64,000 bases of DNA from Nitrospinales bacterium (GTDB taxonomy: Bacteria > Nitrospinota > Nitrospinia > Nitrospinales > VA-1). Of the stretch, positions 7,939 to 19,845 are shown piece by piece; positions within the stretch are counted from its first letter, which is position 1, and each line of letters opens with the position of its first letter. The stretch is from positions 64,001 to 128,000 of the forward strand of contig CBDCWG010000007.1 of the NCBI GenBank assembly GCA_965223345.1, given 5' to 3'. The position numbers were made by a program, and so were the translations under genes. The notes under the pieces were generated by a model. It had not been told where the DNA came from. It saw only the letters and a list, made by a program, of their open reading frames with translations, and ran no database searches.

Positions 7939-10362
7939 TTGTTCAATCCTCAATCACGGCACCTCATGAAAATATTCCAGAAAGAACGCGCGCGCAAGCA
8001 ATCGGAAGCCAAGGGCAAAAACACGGTGATGAAAATGATCCTGCTTTCGGGATTCTTCCTTTTCATCCTAGTGATGATCGTGGGCTTTTCCGGCGCGGCA
8101 TTCCTTTATTTCCGTTACTCCAAGGACCTGCCGGACGTGCGGCAGCTCAAGGATTACGAGCCCAGCACGATCACGCGGCTTTATTCGGACTACGACGAGC
8201 TGATCGCGGAGTTCTATGTCGAAAAGCGCATTCTGACGCCGCTCGAAGACATCCCGCTGTCGCTGAAACAGGCGACGCTCGCCGTCGAGGATTCGAATTT
8301 TTATTACCATTTCGGCATCGACCCGAAAGCGATCTTCCGGGCGTTTCTGACCAACCTCAAGGCGGGCCGCGTGGTGGAGGGCGGCAGCACGATCACCCAG
8401 CAGCTGTCGAAAACGCTGTTTCTCACGACGGACCGCAACCTCACCCGCAAAATCAAGGAGGCCATCCTCGCCATCCGCATGGAACTGATCTTCTCGAAGG
8501 ACGAGATCCTCGAGATGTACCTGAACCAGATCTACTACGGCCACGGCAGTTACGGTGTGGAAGGCGCTTCCCGGACCTACTTCGGCAAGCACGTGCAGGA
8601 TCTCACGATCGAGGAATGCGCGATGCTCGCCAGCCTGCCGAAAGCGCCCAACAATTACTCGCCGTACAAGAACCCGAAGCGCGCGAAGAAAAGGCGCAAC
8701 CACGCCATCCGCCGCATGCTGCACCACGGTTTCATCTCCGAAGCGCAGGCGGCGGAAGCGCAGGCGAGCGAATTCAATCTGGGTGAAGTCACGGACATGC
8801 TCAACCGCGCGCCCTATTTTGTGGAGCACATCCGCCAGTTTCTGCAGGACACCTACGGTTCCAAAAAGCTGTACCGCGGCGGGCTGAAGGTGTACACCAC
8901 GCTCAACATGGACTCGCAGGAGGTGGCGCAGAAAGCGGTGCGGGAAAACCTGCTGGTGACGGACAAGCGCTACGGTTACCGCGGGCCGATCGGCACCATC
9001 CAGGTGAAGGACAACCTGCTGATGGCGCAGAACACGCTGCTGGAGCTGAACGACTTCAGCGAAGAACAGAAACCGGATGTGGGCGCTTTGCTCAAGGGCG
9101 CGGTGCTGGAGGTGACGGACGACGACGCGCTGGTTCTGTTGGGCCGGGACGAAGGCGTCATCGAGCTCAAGGACATGGACTGGGCGCGGCGGCCGAACAT
9201 CAAGGTGGACGGGCAATGGGCCAGGATTTCCCGGGCGCGCGACGCGCTTTCGGTCGGCGACCTCATACTGGTGCGGGTGCTGGGAACGCGCGAGGAGGAC
9301 ATGCGCTGGTCGCTGGCGCTGGAGCAGGAGCCGGATGTGGAAGCGGGACTGATCAGCCTAGAGTCCGGCACCGGCCACATCAAGGCGATGGTGGGCGGCT
9401 ACGATTTTTCCAAAAGCCAGTTCAACCGCGCGGTGCAGGCGATCCGCCAGCCGGGCTCGGCGTTCAAGCCCATCATCTACGCCGCGGCGATCGAAGAGGG
9501 CTTCAATCCGGCGAGCATCATCATCGACTCTCCCATCATCTTCAAGGAGAAGGAAGACGCGTTCGACAAATGGAAGCCGGTCAATTTTGAAGAGAAATTC
9601 TACGGTCCCACGCCCCTGCGCACCGCGCTGACCCATTCGAGAAACGTGGTCACCGTGAAACTGCTGCAGAACATCGGCGTGAAGCGCGCCATCCAGATGG
9701 CCCGCAACCTGGGAATCACCAGCCACATGGCCAACAACCTGTCGATCGCCCTGGGTTCCTCCGGCGTGACGCTGTACGAGCTGACTTCGGCCTACTCCAC
9801 GTTCGCCAACCTGGGGCAGCGCATCAACCCGATCGCCGTGCGCCTGATCGAAAACCGCGACGGCGAGGTGCTCTATACCGCCCAGCCCAGCATCACGCAG
9901 CCGATCTCAAGCGGCGTCGCCTACACCATCACCAGCCTGCTGCAGAGCGTGGTCGAAAACGGCACCGGCAAAAAAGTGAAGGTGCTCAAGCGGCCGGTGG
10001 CGGCGAAAACCGGAACCACCAACAACTACGTGGACGCCTGGTTCATCGGCTACACGCCGGAGGTGGTGACCGGCGTGTGGGTGGGTAAGGACGAGGACGA
10101 ACCTTTAGGGGCCAACGAAACGGGCTCGCGCGCAGCGATTCCCATCTGGCTGCAGTACATGAAGGAGGTGCTCGCGGGGGTTCCGGTGCGCAATTTCCCG
10201 GTGTCGGATGAGGTCGTCTTCATGAAGATCAACCCGGAATCCGGCAAGGGCGCGCACTTCGACGAGGTCGGCTCCAAGTTCGAGATCTTTGTGGATAACA
10301 AAATTCCCGAAGAGGAAGAAGAGCTTCTGCTGCTCGGGGAACAGCAGGGAAATACGTTTTAG
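7939..10362 (+). CDS. mrcA: Penicillin-binding protein 1A (class A, with OB insertion)
   Basis: EDxxFxxHxG, GGSTITQQL, QPGSAFKP (SxxK), SRN and KTGT motifs; real start may be 7966. Confidence 0.93.
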   Translation: MFNPQSRHLMKIFQKERARKQSEAKGKNTVMKMILLSGFFLFILVMIVGFSGAAFLYFRYSKDLPDVRQLKDYEPSTITRLYSDYDELIAEFYVEKRILTPLEDIPLSLKQATLAVEDSNFYYHFGIDPKAIFRAFLTNLKAGRVVEGGSTITQQLSKTLFLTTDRNLTRKIKEAILAIRMELIFSKDEILEMYLNQIYYGHGSYGVEGASRTYFGKHVQDLTIEECAMLASLPKAPNNYSPYKNPKRAKKRRNHAIRRMLHHGFISEAQAAEAQASEFNLGEVTDMLNRAPYFVEHIRQFLQDTYGSKKLYRGGLKVYTTLNMDSQEVAQKAVRENLLVTDKRYGYRGPIGTIQVKDNLLMAQNTLLELNDFSEEQKPDVGALLKGAVLEVTDDDALVLLGRDEGVIELKDMDWARRPNIKVDGQWARISRARDALSVGDLILVRVLGTREEDMRWSLALEQEPDVEAGLISLESGTGHIKAMVGGYDFSKSQFNRAVQAIRQPGSAFKPIIYAAAIEEGFNPASIIIDSPIIFKEKEDAFDKWKPVNFEEKFYGPTPLRTALTHSRNVVTVKLLQNIGVKRAIQMARNLGITSHMANNLSIALGSSGVTLYELTSAYSTFANLGQRINPIAVRLIENRDGEVLYTAQPSITQPISSGVAYTITSLLQSVVENGTGKKVKVLKRPVAAKTGTTNNYVDAWFIGYTPEVVTGVWVGKDEDEPLGANETGSRAAIPIWLQYMKEVLAGVPVRNFPVSDEVVFMKINPESGKGAHFDEVGSKFEIFVDNKIPEEEEELLLLGEQQGNTF

Positions 10363-10369
10363 GTTGGGT

Positions 10370-12391
10370 TCAATCGACCTGGGAGATCTTGCGGTTCTGC
10401 ACCTGCAGGGTGAAAAGCTGCTTTTCGGAGTCGCCGGAGCTTGAGATGCTGGTCTGGCCGGAAACGCCGGGGTAGTTTCTGAGCGATTGCAGCTGCTCGG
10501 CGATCTGCAGCCGGTTCTGCGCACCCTTTTTGATCATCTCGATGAGGATCTGCGCGCCGTCGTAAGCCTGGGCGGAATACAGGCCCGGTGCGCCGCCGAA
10601 GTTGGATTTGAACGCGTTCACGAATTTCTGCACTTTGGGTTTCTTGGAGTCGGCGAAAAACCCGTCCACGAAAAATCCCGTCTTCAAATAATTGCCGGCG
10701 ATTTCCAGCAACTGCGGCGAGTTCCAGCCGTTGGCTCCCAAAAGCACGATGTCTTCGATGTTGTAAAACACCAGCTGCGGAATGATGAGGCCGACCTTGT
10801 CGTAGAAGCCCGGCATGAAGATCGCATCGTAGCTCAACTCGAGCGAAGCCTGCAAATCCTCGATGTCCTCTTCGGTGAACAGGCCCATCTCGATCACCGG
10901 CTGGGACAGGCCGCCTTTCTGCTTGAACCGCTCCATCCCCTCTTCGCTCTGCAACTGGTCGCGCGTCATCTTCAACAGCTGATCGTCGGAAACGCCGCCG
11001 AGTTCCAGAATCTGCGGCTTGAAATCGGTCTGCGCCCGGTCGTAGGGCACGCTCGCCACGATCTCGCCGCCCAGCGCGCGGATCTCCTTTTCGAAATGCT
11101 GCTTGAGTTCGATGCCGAACGCCTCCTGCGGATACAGCACGGCGAAGCGCCTGAGATTGAGCTTGTTGAAACTGTAATCGGCGATGTGCCGCGCCTGGAT
11201 GTCGCGCGTCAGGGCGTTGCGGAAGATGTAGGGGCTCAACTGCGTCAGCCCGTCGGCGGAGGCGGTGGGCGTGATGACGGGAAGCTTGTAGCGGTCCACC
11301 AGCGGCGCGATGTCTTTCACCTCGCCGCTCTGCACCGGACCGACCACGGCCACCACATTGGGATCGGCGGCCAGCTCTTCCAGGATCTCGGTGACGGGCC
11401 GGCCGGAGGCGGAATCCTTCACCACCAGTTCCAGCTTCTGCCGGTTTTTCAGGCCGGACTGGTTGACCGCAAGCTGGATGCCCTGCAACACCTGCTGGCC
11501 GGTGACCGCGAGTTTGCCGGACAGCGGCACCACCGCGCCGATCCTAAGCCTGAGTTCGGGGTTGTCGGTTACCTGTTTCCAGTACGCTTCGAACCGCGGC
11601 CGTTCCGGATGCTGCGGATAGAGGCGCGCCAGATCCTTGAGGGCGTTCTGGTATTTGTAGATGTCGCGCTGGTTGCGATACAGGGACAGCAGTTTTTTGA
11701 GCAGCAGGTCGCCGGGGAACTGTGCGCCGTAGTTGTCTTTGAGGATGTGCACCTCCGCCTCGGACAGTTTCTCGTCGATGATCGATTCGATCAGCTGACG
11801 CGCCGAGGTGCGGATGGCGCCGTCCTCGTTCTGTTCGTAGACGTTGTTGAGCTTGGCGATCGCGCCGGTGTAGTCGAATTTTTCCTCATCCACCCGCGCA
11901 AGCTGGTAGAGCGCCTTCCAGCGCACGGCGCGGTTGGGGTGGGTCTTGAGGACAGTGCGGAAATTCTGGTCGGCGTCGGGGTACTGGGCGAGTTCGAAAT
12001 AGCAGAGCCCCATGTTCATGTGCACATCGGGGGCCATCTCCGTGCCGGGAAACCGTTCCAGCAGCATCTGGTAAAAACGCAGGGCGGTGGCGTAGGATTC
12101 CTCTTTCTGGTCGATCTGGCCGAGCCGGTACAGGGCGCGCGCCGACCATTTGTTGTGCGGCTTTTGCGTGACGAAATCGTGGTACAGCGATTTCGCCTCA
12201 GCAAAGCGGCCGGCATGAAAATGGAACTCCGCGTCGCGGAACAGGTCCGTCTCGCCGAACGGCCGGCTTTCCGGTGCGGCGGTCTGCGCCTCCACCGGGT
12301 TCACCCCGGCGAGCAGCAGGACGGCCAGGCCCAAGGCAAACGTTATGCGCACGACGGCCGTGCTTATCCCTCTGAGTCTTGAAAAAGGCAT
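10370..12391 (-). CDS. TPR + periplasmic-binding-protein (LivJ-like) fusion; penicillin-binding protein activator (LpoA-like)
   Basis: Signal peptide, N-terminal TPRs, IGAVVPLSG...VVGP...AQAYDG type I PBP fold; convergent with mrcA. Confidence 0.75.
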   Translation of the reverse strand: MPFSRLRGISTAVVRITFALGLAVLLLAGVNPVEAQTAAPESRPFGETDLFRDAEFHFHAGRFAEAKSLYHDFVTQKPHNKWSARALYRLGQIDQKEESYATALRFYQMLLERFPGTEMAPDVHMNMGLCYFELAQYPDADQNFRTVLKTHPNRAVRWKALYQLARVDEEKFDYTGAIAKLNNVYEQNEDGAIRTSARQLIESIIDEKLSEAEVHILKDNYGAQFPGDLLLKKLLSLYRNQRDIYKYQNALKDLARLYPQHPERPRFEAYWKQVTDNPELRLRIGAVVPLSGKLAVTGQQVLQGIQLAVNQSGLKNRQKLELVVKDSASGRPVTEILEELAADPNVVAVVGPVQSGEVKDIAPLVDRYKLPVITPTASADGLTQLSPYIFRNALTRDIQARHIADYSFNKLNLRRFAVLYPQEAFGIELKQHFEKEIRALGGEIVASVPYDRAQTDFKPQILELGGVSDDQLLKMTRDQLQSEEGMERFKQKGGLSQPVIEMGLFTEEDIEDLQASLELSYDAIFMPGFYDKVGLIIPQLVFYNIEDIVLLGANGWNSPQLLEIAGNYLKTGFFVDGFFADSKKPKVQKFVNAFKSNFGGAPGLYSAQAYDGAQILIEMIKKGAQNRLQIAEQLQSLRNYPGVSGQTSISSSGDSEKQLFTLQVQNRKISQVD

Positions 12392-12440
12392 GGCAGTTTA
12401 CGGGAAATCGGCCGCAACGCGCCGCTTCCCACTGGAACCG

Positions 12441-13835
12441 TCATTCTTCCGGTTCCATCTCTCCTTTGAGCTTGTGTTTTTGAATCCGGTATCGCATGGA
12501 CCGGAAACTCAGATTGAGCTGCTTGGCGGCCTTGTTGATGATGCCGTTGGTCTGCTCCAGCGCGCCGCGCAGCATGCGCTTTTCAATCTGGTCGAGCGTC
12601 TTCTCCAGGTCCATGGGCTGATTGTCCATCACCGGCATCAGGTCGTCCGGGGACTCCGGCGAGCCGGAGATCTCGTCGGGGAGGCTGGCAACCTGGATCT
12701 TGTCCTCGGTCTCCAGCACCACCGCCCGTTCGATGACGTTTTCCAGTTCACGCACGTTGCCCGGCCAGGCGTATTTTTCCAGCAGGCTCATGGCCTCGGG
12801 CTCGATGCCTTGAATCTGGGCGTTTTCCTGACGCCCTTCATTGTACTTGCTGATGAAGTAATTGACCAGCATGGGAATGTCGTCCCGGCGCTCGCGCAGC
12901 GGCGGCAGCTTGAGGGGAATGACGTTGAGCCGGTAGTAGAGGTCCTCGCGGAAGGTTTTGTTTTTGACGGCCTTGGTCAGATCCACGTTGGAGGCGGCGA
13001 TGATCCTCAGATCGATGGGGATCGACTGGGTGCCGCCGACGCGCACGATCTCCTTCTCCTGCAGCACGCGCAGCAGCTTCACCTGGATGGACAGCGGCGC
13101 TTCGCCGATCTCGTCGAGGAAAAACGTGCCCTTGCTCGCCGTTTCCATCAGGCCGATCTTCTGCGAATCGGCGCTGGTGAACGCGCCTTTTTCGTGGCCG
13201 AACAGCTCGCTTTCCAGCAGGTTTTCCGGCACCGCGCCGCAGTTGATGGAGATGAAGGGGTAGTTCTTGCGCGGGCCGTTGAAGTGGATGGCCTTCGCCA
13301 CCAGCTCCTTGCCGGTGCCGCTTTCGCCGCCGATCAGCACGGTAGCGCTGCTTTCCGCCACCTTTTCGATGAGCTTGAACACGCTGATCATCGGCGGGCT
13401 TTTGCCGATGATGTTGGAAAAACCGTATTTGTCCTTGAGCGCCGAACGCAGGTAGTTGTTCTCGTCGGAGAGCATCTTCTTCTCGACGGCGTTCTTGACG
13501 ATGAGCTGCAAATCCTCGATTTTAAAGGGCTTGGAGATGTAGTCGTAGGCGCCTTTTTTCATCGCCTCGACGGCGGTCTCGGCGGAGGCGTAGGCGGTCA
13601 TCAGCACCACCGGGGTCAGCGGGTGGACGGCCTTCACCGCTTCCAGCACGTCGATGCCGTTGGCCTTTTTCATCTTGTAATCGGTGATCACCAGATCGAA
13701 CTCGCTGTCCGCGGCGAGCTTCATGCCCTTTTCGCCCGTTTCGGCGGTTTCGACCTCGTGGCCGTCGTTTTCCAGCATGATGGTGAGAAAATCGCGCAAA
13801 CTCTTTTCGTCGTCAACGACAAGAATCGAACTCAT
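12441..13835 (-). CDS. Sigma54-dependent response regulator (NtrC/PilR/AtoC family)
   Basis: Receiver domain (ILVVDDE, LVITD), [39 protein letters not shown]-terminal HTH. Confidence 0.93.
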   Translation of the reverse strand: MSSILVVDDEKSLRDFLTIMLENDGHEVETAETGEKGMKLAADSEFDLVITDYKMKKANGIDVLEAVKAVHPLTPVVLMTAYASAETAVEAMKKGAYDYISKPFKIEDLQLIVKNAVEKKMLSDENNYLRSALKDKYGFSNIIGKSPPMISVFKLIEKVAESSATVLIGGESGTGKELVAKAIHFNGPRKNYPFISINCGAVPENLLESELFGHEKGAFTSADSQKIGLMETASKGTFFLDEIGEAPLSIQVKLLRVLQEKEIVRVGGTQSIPIDLRIIAASNVDLTKAVKNKTFREDLYYRLNVIPLKLPPLRERRDDIPMLVNYFISKYNEGRQENAQIQGIEPEAMSLLEKYAWPGNVRELENVIERAVVLETEDKIQVASLPDEISGSPESPDDLMPVMDNQPMDLEKTLDQIEKRMLRGALEQTNGIINKAAKQLNLSFRSMRYRIQKHKLKGEMEPEE

Positions 13836-13997
13836 GATTTTTTTTAGGTATCCGGCTCATTGGGGTTGGGTGGGTGACCTGCCGTCTTTTCGCGGGGACG
13901 CGTAAAAAAACACAACAGGCCGACAAAAACTGGCTGGGACGCCAAAAAACGTCACACACACTATATATCAAACTCGTTCAAAAACATAGGGAGATTT

Positions 13998-14756
13998 TTG
14001 AGGGATGATCGGATTCTGTTATCATTAAAACTTCCTATTCCCCAAAAACAAGGCGGATTGCAATTGAGTGTGCTCACCCAAAATACGTTGGATCGAGATG
14101 GTTACGAGATTTGGCGGGAAGTTCTCAACTTCCGTGAGATTGAGAAAATAAAAAACCATCTGACAAAACAACCAGCCGAAGGTGCTGGGTCGAGAATCCG
14201 ACTGAGTGAACATATCTGGTTAACTGATCTCATATGCTCCCCAAAAATACGCGGGATGATTGAGTCTCATCTGGGAAGTCGAGCCGCAGCCGTTCGGGCG
14301 CTTTTCTTTGACAAACGTCCCGAAGCCAACTGGAGCGTGCGGTGGCACCAGGATAAAACGATCGCCGTGAAAGCAAAAATCCCCACGGGTGGGTATTGCG
14401 GATGGTCTTTAAAGGAAGGCGTCCTCCACGTTCACCCTCCTGTGGAGGTCATGGAAAACATGCTGGCGTTGCGCCTGCACCTCGATCCCGCCGGTCCACA
14501 AAACGGCGGTTTGCGTGTGTATCCGGGCTCCCACAGATTCGGATATGTAAAAGATAAAACGCTATCTGAAACGGTAAAACGATTTGAGTCTGTTCCAACG
14601 GACGCAACTGCCGGAGATGCGATCCTCATGCGCCCGCTTCTTTTGCATTCATCCGAGCGCTGTCAATCCGGGCGGCGGCGCGTCCTTCATATCGAATTTG
14701 CCTCCAACCCTCTCCCCGGACCGCTCGAATGGAATGAATTTATTTCTTTAAGCTAG
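13998..14756 (+). CDS. Phytanoyl-CoA dioxygenase (PhyH) family Fe(II)/2-oxoglutarate dioxygenase
   Basis: WHQD (HxD), NGGLRVYPGSH, LLLHSS, RRVLHIEF; start uncertain; lower GC than flanks. Confidence 0.85.
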   Translation: MRDDRILLSLKLPIPQKQGGLQLSVLTQNTLDRDGYEIWREVLNFREIEKIKNHLTKQPAEGAGSRIRLSEHIWLTDLICSPKIRGMIESHLGSRAAAVRALFFDKRPEANWSVRWHQDKTIAVKAKIPTGGYCGWSLKEGVLHVHPPVEVMENMLALRLHLDPAGPQNGGLRVYPGSHRFGYVKDKTLSETVKRFESVPTDATAGDAILMRPLLLHSSERCQSGRRRVLHIEFASNPLPGPLEWNEFISLS

Positions 14757-14797
14757 CTTTATAAATTTATAAGTGTGGGATTTCGGTCTATCAACTG

Positions 14798-16006
<1,209 letters not shown>

Positions 16007-16083
16007 GATGCGTGTTTCGCTCTAAATAAAGGGTTTGCCTCGCTCCCCTGCCCCGCCCCGGGAGCCCTTCGGTCTTTGCCGTG

Positions 16084-16169
16084 CTCATGCTTCGACAGGC
16101 TCAGCATGACATTTTGGGCAACCACGTCAAGGCTTCCAAACCGTCACCCTGAGCTTGTCGAAGGGTGAC
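16084..16169. repeat. Inverted pair of REP-like hairpins (BIME-like)
   Basis: ctcatgc-TTCGACAGGCTCA-gcatgac (16084-16110) and, on the opposite strand, gtcaccc-TTCGACAAGCTCA-gggtgac (16143-16169). Confidence 0.75.
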
Positions 16170-16256
16170 CGTTCTCGGGGAAACGCAGGAAATGCAGTCC
16201 CGGCGCAAGTCAGGGTCAGTCCAAGAGGGGTATCATACCCGTTACGGGATGCGGGT

Positions 16257-17246
16257 TCAACGGAGGAATTTGTCGCCAAGAGCGTACTGCGCGGCGCCCA
16301 TAAGGGCCGCTTTTTCATTGAGTATCACCTTGACGGGCACCTGGCTCAGCAGGCTGTCGAAGCGCCCCTTGGAGAGAAACGCGTCCATGAAGGAGCCGGT
16401 TTTGATGAGGGAGAGGATTTTCGGGGCGATGCCGCCGCCCACGTAGACGCCGCCTGCGGCAAGAAACTGCAGCGCCAGGTTGCCGGCGGCGGCGCCGTAC
16501 AGGGAGACGAAGATCTCCAGCGCCTGCGAGCAGGCGGCAAATTTTTTTTGCAATCCCGCCTGGGTGATGACGACGCCGGGGTCGCCTTCGGCGATGGCTT
16601 TCGTCAGCCACTCGGGCTCGGCATGCGAACCGTGCTGGCGCACGAACTGGTAGATGTTGTGCAGACCGGGGCCGGACAGCACGCGCTCGATGCTCACACG
16701 GCCGAACTTGCCGCTCAGAAAATGCAGCATCTCGGCTTCGGTCCGGGTGCGCGGCGCGAAATCGCAATGGCCGCCTTCGGAATCGAGGATCTGGTAAGTG
16801 CCGGAACCGGTGGGGATGAGAAACGCCTCGCCCAGGCCGGTGCCCGCGGCGATCACGGCGATGCGGCCGTCGGTAACGGGCGCGCCGGGTTGCAGGGTTT
16901 CCACTTCGCCGTTGGCGAGAAAGGGCACGGCGCAGGCGGTGGCGGCGAGGTCGTTGATCAGCCAGACGTCATCGAGCGCGAGTTTGCGCTTGAGGCTCTG
17001 CACGTCCACCACCCAGGGCAGGTTGGTGACTTCGCAGCGGCCGTCCTTCACCGGACCGGCGATGCCGAATCCGGCGCGGGACAGTTTGGCGTGCTCTTTG
17101 GCGCAGTATTCGGAGAGGATGGCCTCCAGCCCGGAATATTTACGGCTCTCGAACTTGGCCTCGTTGACGGCGCGCAATGCGCCGTTGTGGTTTTCGAACA
17201 GCGCCAGATTGACTTTGGTGCCGCCGATGTCGCCTGCTAGGATCAT
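16257..17246 (-). CDS. glk: Glucokinase
   Basis: LAGDIGGT, LINDL, GTGLGEA, SEGGHCDF, ERVLSGPGL, GGVYVGGGI. Confidence 0.95.
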   Translation of the reverse strand: MILAGDIGGTKVNLALFENHNGALRAVNEAKFESRKYSGLEAILSEYCAKEHAKLSRAGFGIAGPVKDGRCEVTNLPWVVDVQSLKRKLALDDVWLINDLAATACAVPFLANGEVETLQPGAPVTDGRIAVIAAGTGLGEAFLIPTGSGTYQILDSEGGHCDFAPRTRTEAEMLHFLSGKFGRVSIERVLSGPGLHNIYQFVRQHGSHAEPEWLTKAIAEGDPGVVITQAGLQKKFAACSQALEIFVSLYGAAAGNLALQFLAAGGVYVGGGIAPKILSLIKTGSFMDAFLSKGRFDSLLSQVPVKVILNEKAALMGAAQYALGDKFLR

Positions 17247-17285
17247 CCCCTCTCCCGGTCGGTTGGGTCCGCGTCGCCTGCGGCC

Positions 17286-18521
17286 TCAGATGAAAGAGCG
17301 GATGCGGTCGTCCAGCGCCTTCTGGTCCTTGGCGAACGAGCGCAGGGCGGACTGGGTCATCAGGTCGTCGAGCGCGATGGACTCGGGCCACTGGTCGAGC
17401 TTGGGAATCTTGCCGTGCCCGGTGATGGCGTCGAGATCCTGTTGCGTGAACGGATGGAACAGGTTCTGCTCGCGACAGAGCGTTTCCAGTTCTTCTCCGG
17501 TCATCGACTCGATGCCCTGCCGCTGCACCAGTGCGTCCACGAATTCCTTGAACGCATCAGTGACGGTCCACAGGATGTCGAAGCGGCCGCCGGAAAGAGC
17601 GGCGGCGTCGATGCCCGGCGTGATCGCATCGTCCACATGGCTCTTGAGATCATCGGGGGACGCACCGGAATCCTGAAATTCCTTGAGCGCCGCCGGTGGA
17701 ATGGTCTGCACGTCGAGTCCTGCGAGGAAGCCCACCTGCCCGCCGTTTCTGATGCTCGCGCCGATCAGCTTCGTGGTGATCTCGGGAAATTTCTCGCGGA
17801 TCTCGCGGATGCTCTGCTGGGTCGCGAGCGTCACCTTCTCGCCCACCATTTCGCCGCTGCCCATGCCGTTGTCGATGACGACCTGATTGAGCCGGCCCAA
17901 GAACACGTTGACGTAGGCGGGGTTCGAGAGCCTCGCTGCGAGGTAGTTCTGGCGCGCCGAAAAGCCCAGGGTGTAGTTGATGGGCATGCCTTCCAGGCGC
18001 AGCTTGCGCACCGCGAGGTAGCCTTCGGGGGTCAGCGGAATCTTGACGATGAAGTACTGCGGGCACACCTTGTAATAGCGCCGGGCATAGTTCAGCGTGG
18101 TCTCGATGTCGCGCGACATGGCCGGGTGCAGCTCCACGCTCACTTTGACTTTAAAGGCCTGCACCAGCCGCAACGCGATCTTGCAGTTGATGACGAAGCC
18201 GATCTCGGTGATCAGCTCGTCTTCGCTCAAATCGCCGTTGACCTCGCGGATTTTGCTCAGAGTTTCTTTTATCGTTTCGTCCATCACGCCGCTTTGCACC
18301 ACCTGGTTGGCCAGCGTGTTGTTGGTGGTCAACGCCTCGAGTTCTTTTTTCCAGATGGAGCGCGCTTTTTCCAGGTCGCCCGTGTCCACCCACAGCTCGC
18401 TGCCCATCGATTGCAGTTTGGCCAGCAGCGGATGCGATTTGAAGGCGGGACGCCGGCCCTGCACTTCCTCATGCGCCAGGCCGTGAATGACTTCATCCAG
18501 TTTCTGCCCTAGGGTCGTCAT
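17286..18521 (-). CDS. tal: Transaldolase family protein
   Basis: LWVDT, TTNN (canonical TTNP), VSVE, catalytic VKIP, INYTLGFS, FLGRL, GASIR. Confidence 0.8.
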   Translation of the reverse strand: MTTLGQKLDEVIHGLAHEEVQGRRPAFKSHPLLAKLQSMGSELWVDTGDLEKARSIWKKELEALTTNNTLANQVVQSGVMDETIKETLSKIREVNGDLSEDELITEIGFVINCKIALRLVQAFKVKVSVELHPAMSRDIETTLNYARRYYKVCPQYFIVKIPLTPEGYLAVRKLRLEGMPINYTLGFSARQNYLAARLSNPAYVNVFLGRLNQVVIDNGMGSGEMVGEKVTLATQQSIREIREKFPEITTKLIGASIRNGGQVGFLAGLDVQTIPPAALKEFQDSGASPDDLKSHVDDAITPGIDAAALSGGRFDILWTVTDAFKEFVDALVQRQGIESMTGEELETLCREQNLFHPFTQQDLDAITGHGKIPKLDQWPESIALDDLMTQSALRSFAKDQKALDDRIRSFI

Positions 18522-18525
18522 GATG

Positions 18526-19845
18526 CTATCCTTTCGTGAATCCTGGTTTATTCAAAAGCGCGAACATGTTTTTCTTGTAGAATTCGACGCCGGGTTGATC
18601 GAAGGGGTTCACCTCGAACAGGTAACCGGTCATGGCGACGGCCCGTTCGAAAAAGTAGAACAACTGGCCGAGGGAATTGGGGCTGCGGTCCTTGATCGTG
18701 AGGGTCAGGTTGGGAACGCCGCCCTCCCTGTGCGCCAGCGCCGTGCCCTTGTAGGCCTTGTCGTTGACGAAATCGAGGGTCTTGCCGGCGAGGTAGTTCA
18801 AGCCGTCGTCGCGCTCGAAATGCGGAACCTTCAGGTGGCGGTTGGAGGCCTGCGTCATGAGAAACGTCTCGAACAGAATGCGGTTGCCCTCCTGCACCCA
18901 CTGACCGAGGGAATGCAGGTCGGTGGTGTACTCGACGGAGGCGGGAAAGATGCCCTTCTGCTCCTTGCCTTCGCTCTCGCCCGCCAGCTGCTTCCACCAT
19001 TCCAGCACGTAGGACAGGCTGGGGTGAAAGGACGCGAGGATCTCCACGGTCTTTCCCTTGCGGTACAGCAGGTGGCGGATGGCGGCGTACTGATACGACA
19101 GGTTGTCCTCTACGGCCGCGGAATCGGAAGACAGCATCTCCCAGACCTCGGCGCCGTCCATCAGTTCGCGGATGTCGATGCCGGCCACCGCGATCGGTAG
19201 AAGTCCCACCGGGGTCAGCACCGAGTAGCGGCCGCCCACGTCGTCGGGGATGACGAAGGTCGGGTAGCCCTCTTCGTCGGCGAGTTTCTTGAGCGCCCCC
19301 TTGCTCGCGTCGGTGGTGACGACGATGCGCTGCCTGGCGCCGGACTTGCCGTATTTTTTTTCCAGCAGGGTTTTCAATAACCGGAACGCCACCGCTGGTT
19401 CGGTGGTGGTGCCGGACTTGGAGATCACGTTGAGGCAGACGTCCTTGTCCTCGACCAGCTCCATCAGGTCGGCGTGGTAGTCGGAACTCAGGTTGTGGCC
19501 GGCAAAATAAACCTCCGGGTGCTCTTTGCTTTTGACGCGCTGGTTGTCGAAACTGTGATTGAGAAACGAGATGGCGGCGCGCGCGCCCAGGTAGGAGCCG
19601 CCGATGCCGATGCTGATGAACGCGTCGCAGCGTTCGCGGATGCGGTGCGCCGCATCCTCGATGACTTTCAATTCCTCCAGATCCGTGCGCGAAGGCAGGT
19701 GCAGCCAGCCCAGGTAGTCGCTGCCCGCGCCGTCGCCGTTTTCCAGGCTGGCGTGCAGACGGTCGAGGTCCGGTTGCAGTCCGGCGATCTCCGCGTCGGA
19801 AACCCATCCGTCCAGGTTGGTTTGGTCCAGTTCAATGGCGCTCAT
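18526..19845 (-). CDS. pgi: Glucose-6-phosphate isomerase
   Basis: [47 protein letters not shown]. Confidence 0.97.
   Translation of the reverse strand: MSAIELDQTNLDGWVSDAEIAGLQPDLDRLHASLENGDGAGSDYLGWLHLPSRTDLEELKVIEDAAHRIRERCDAFISIGIGGSYLGARAAISFLNHSFDNQRVKSKEHPEVYFAGHNLSSDYHADLMELVEDKDVCLNVISKSGTTTEPAVAFRLLKTLLEKKYGKSGARQRIVVTTDASKGALKKLADEEGYPTFVIPDDVGGRYSVLTPVGLLPIAVAGIDIRELMDGAEVWEMLSSDSAAVEDNLSYQYAAIRHLLYRKGKTVEILASFHPSLSYVLEWWKQLAGESEGKEQKGIFPASVEYTTDLHSLGQWVQEGNRILFETFLMTQASNRHLKVPHFERDDGLNYLAGKTLDFVNDKAYKGTALAHREGGVPNLTLTIKDRSPNSLGQLFYFFERAVAMTGYLFEVNPFDQPGVEFYKKNMFALLNKPGFTKG

Noticed and set aside
16084..16169. CRISPR mini-array
   Set aside because: Only two inverted, non-identical units and no cas genes; better explained as REP-like hairpins.
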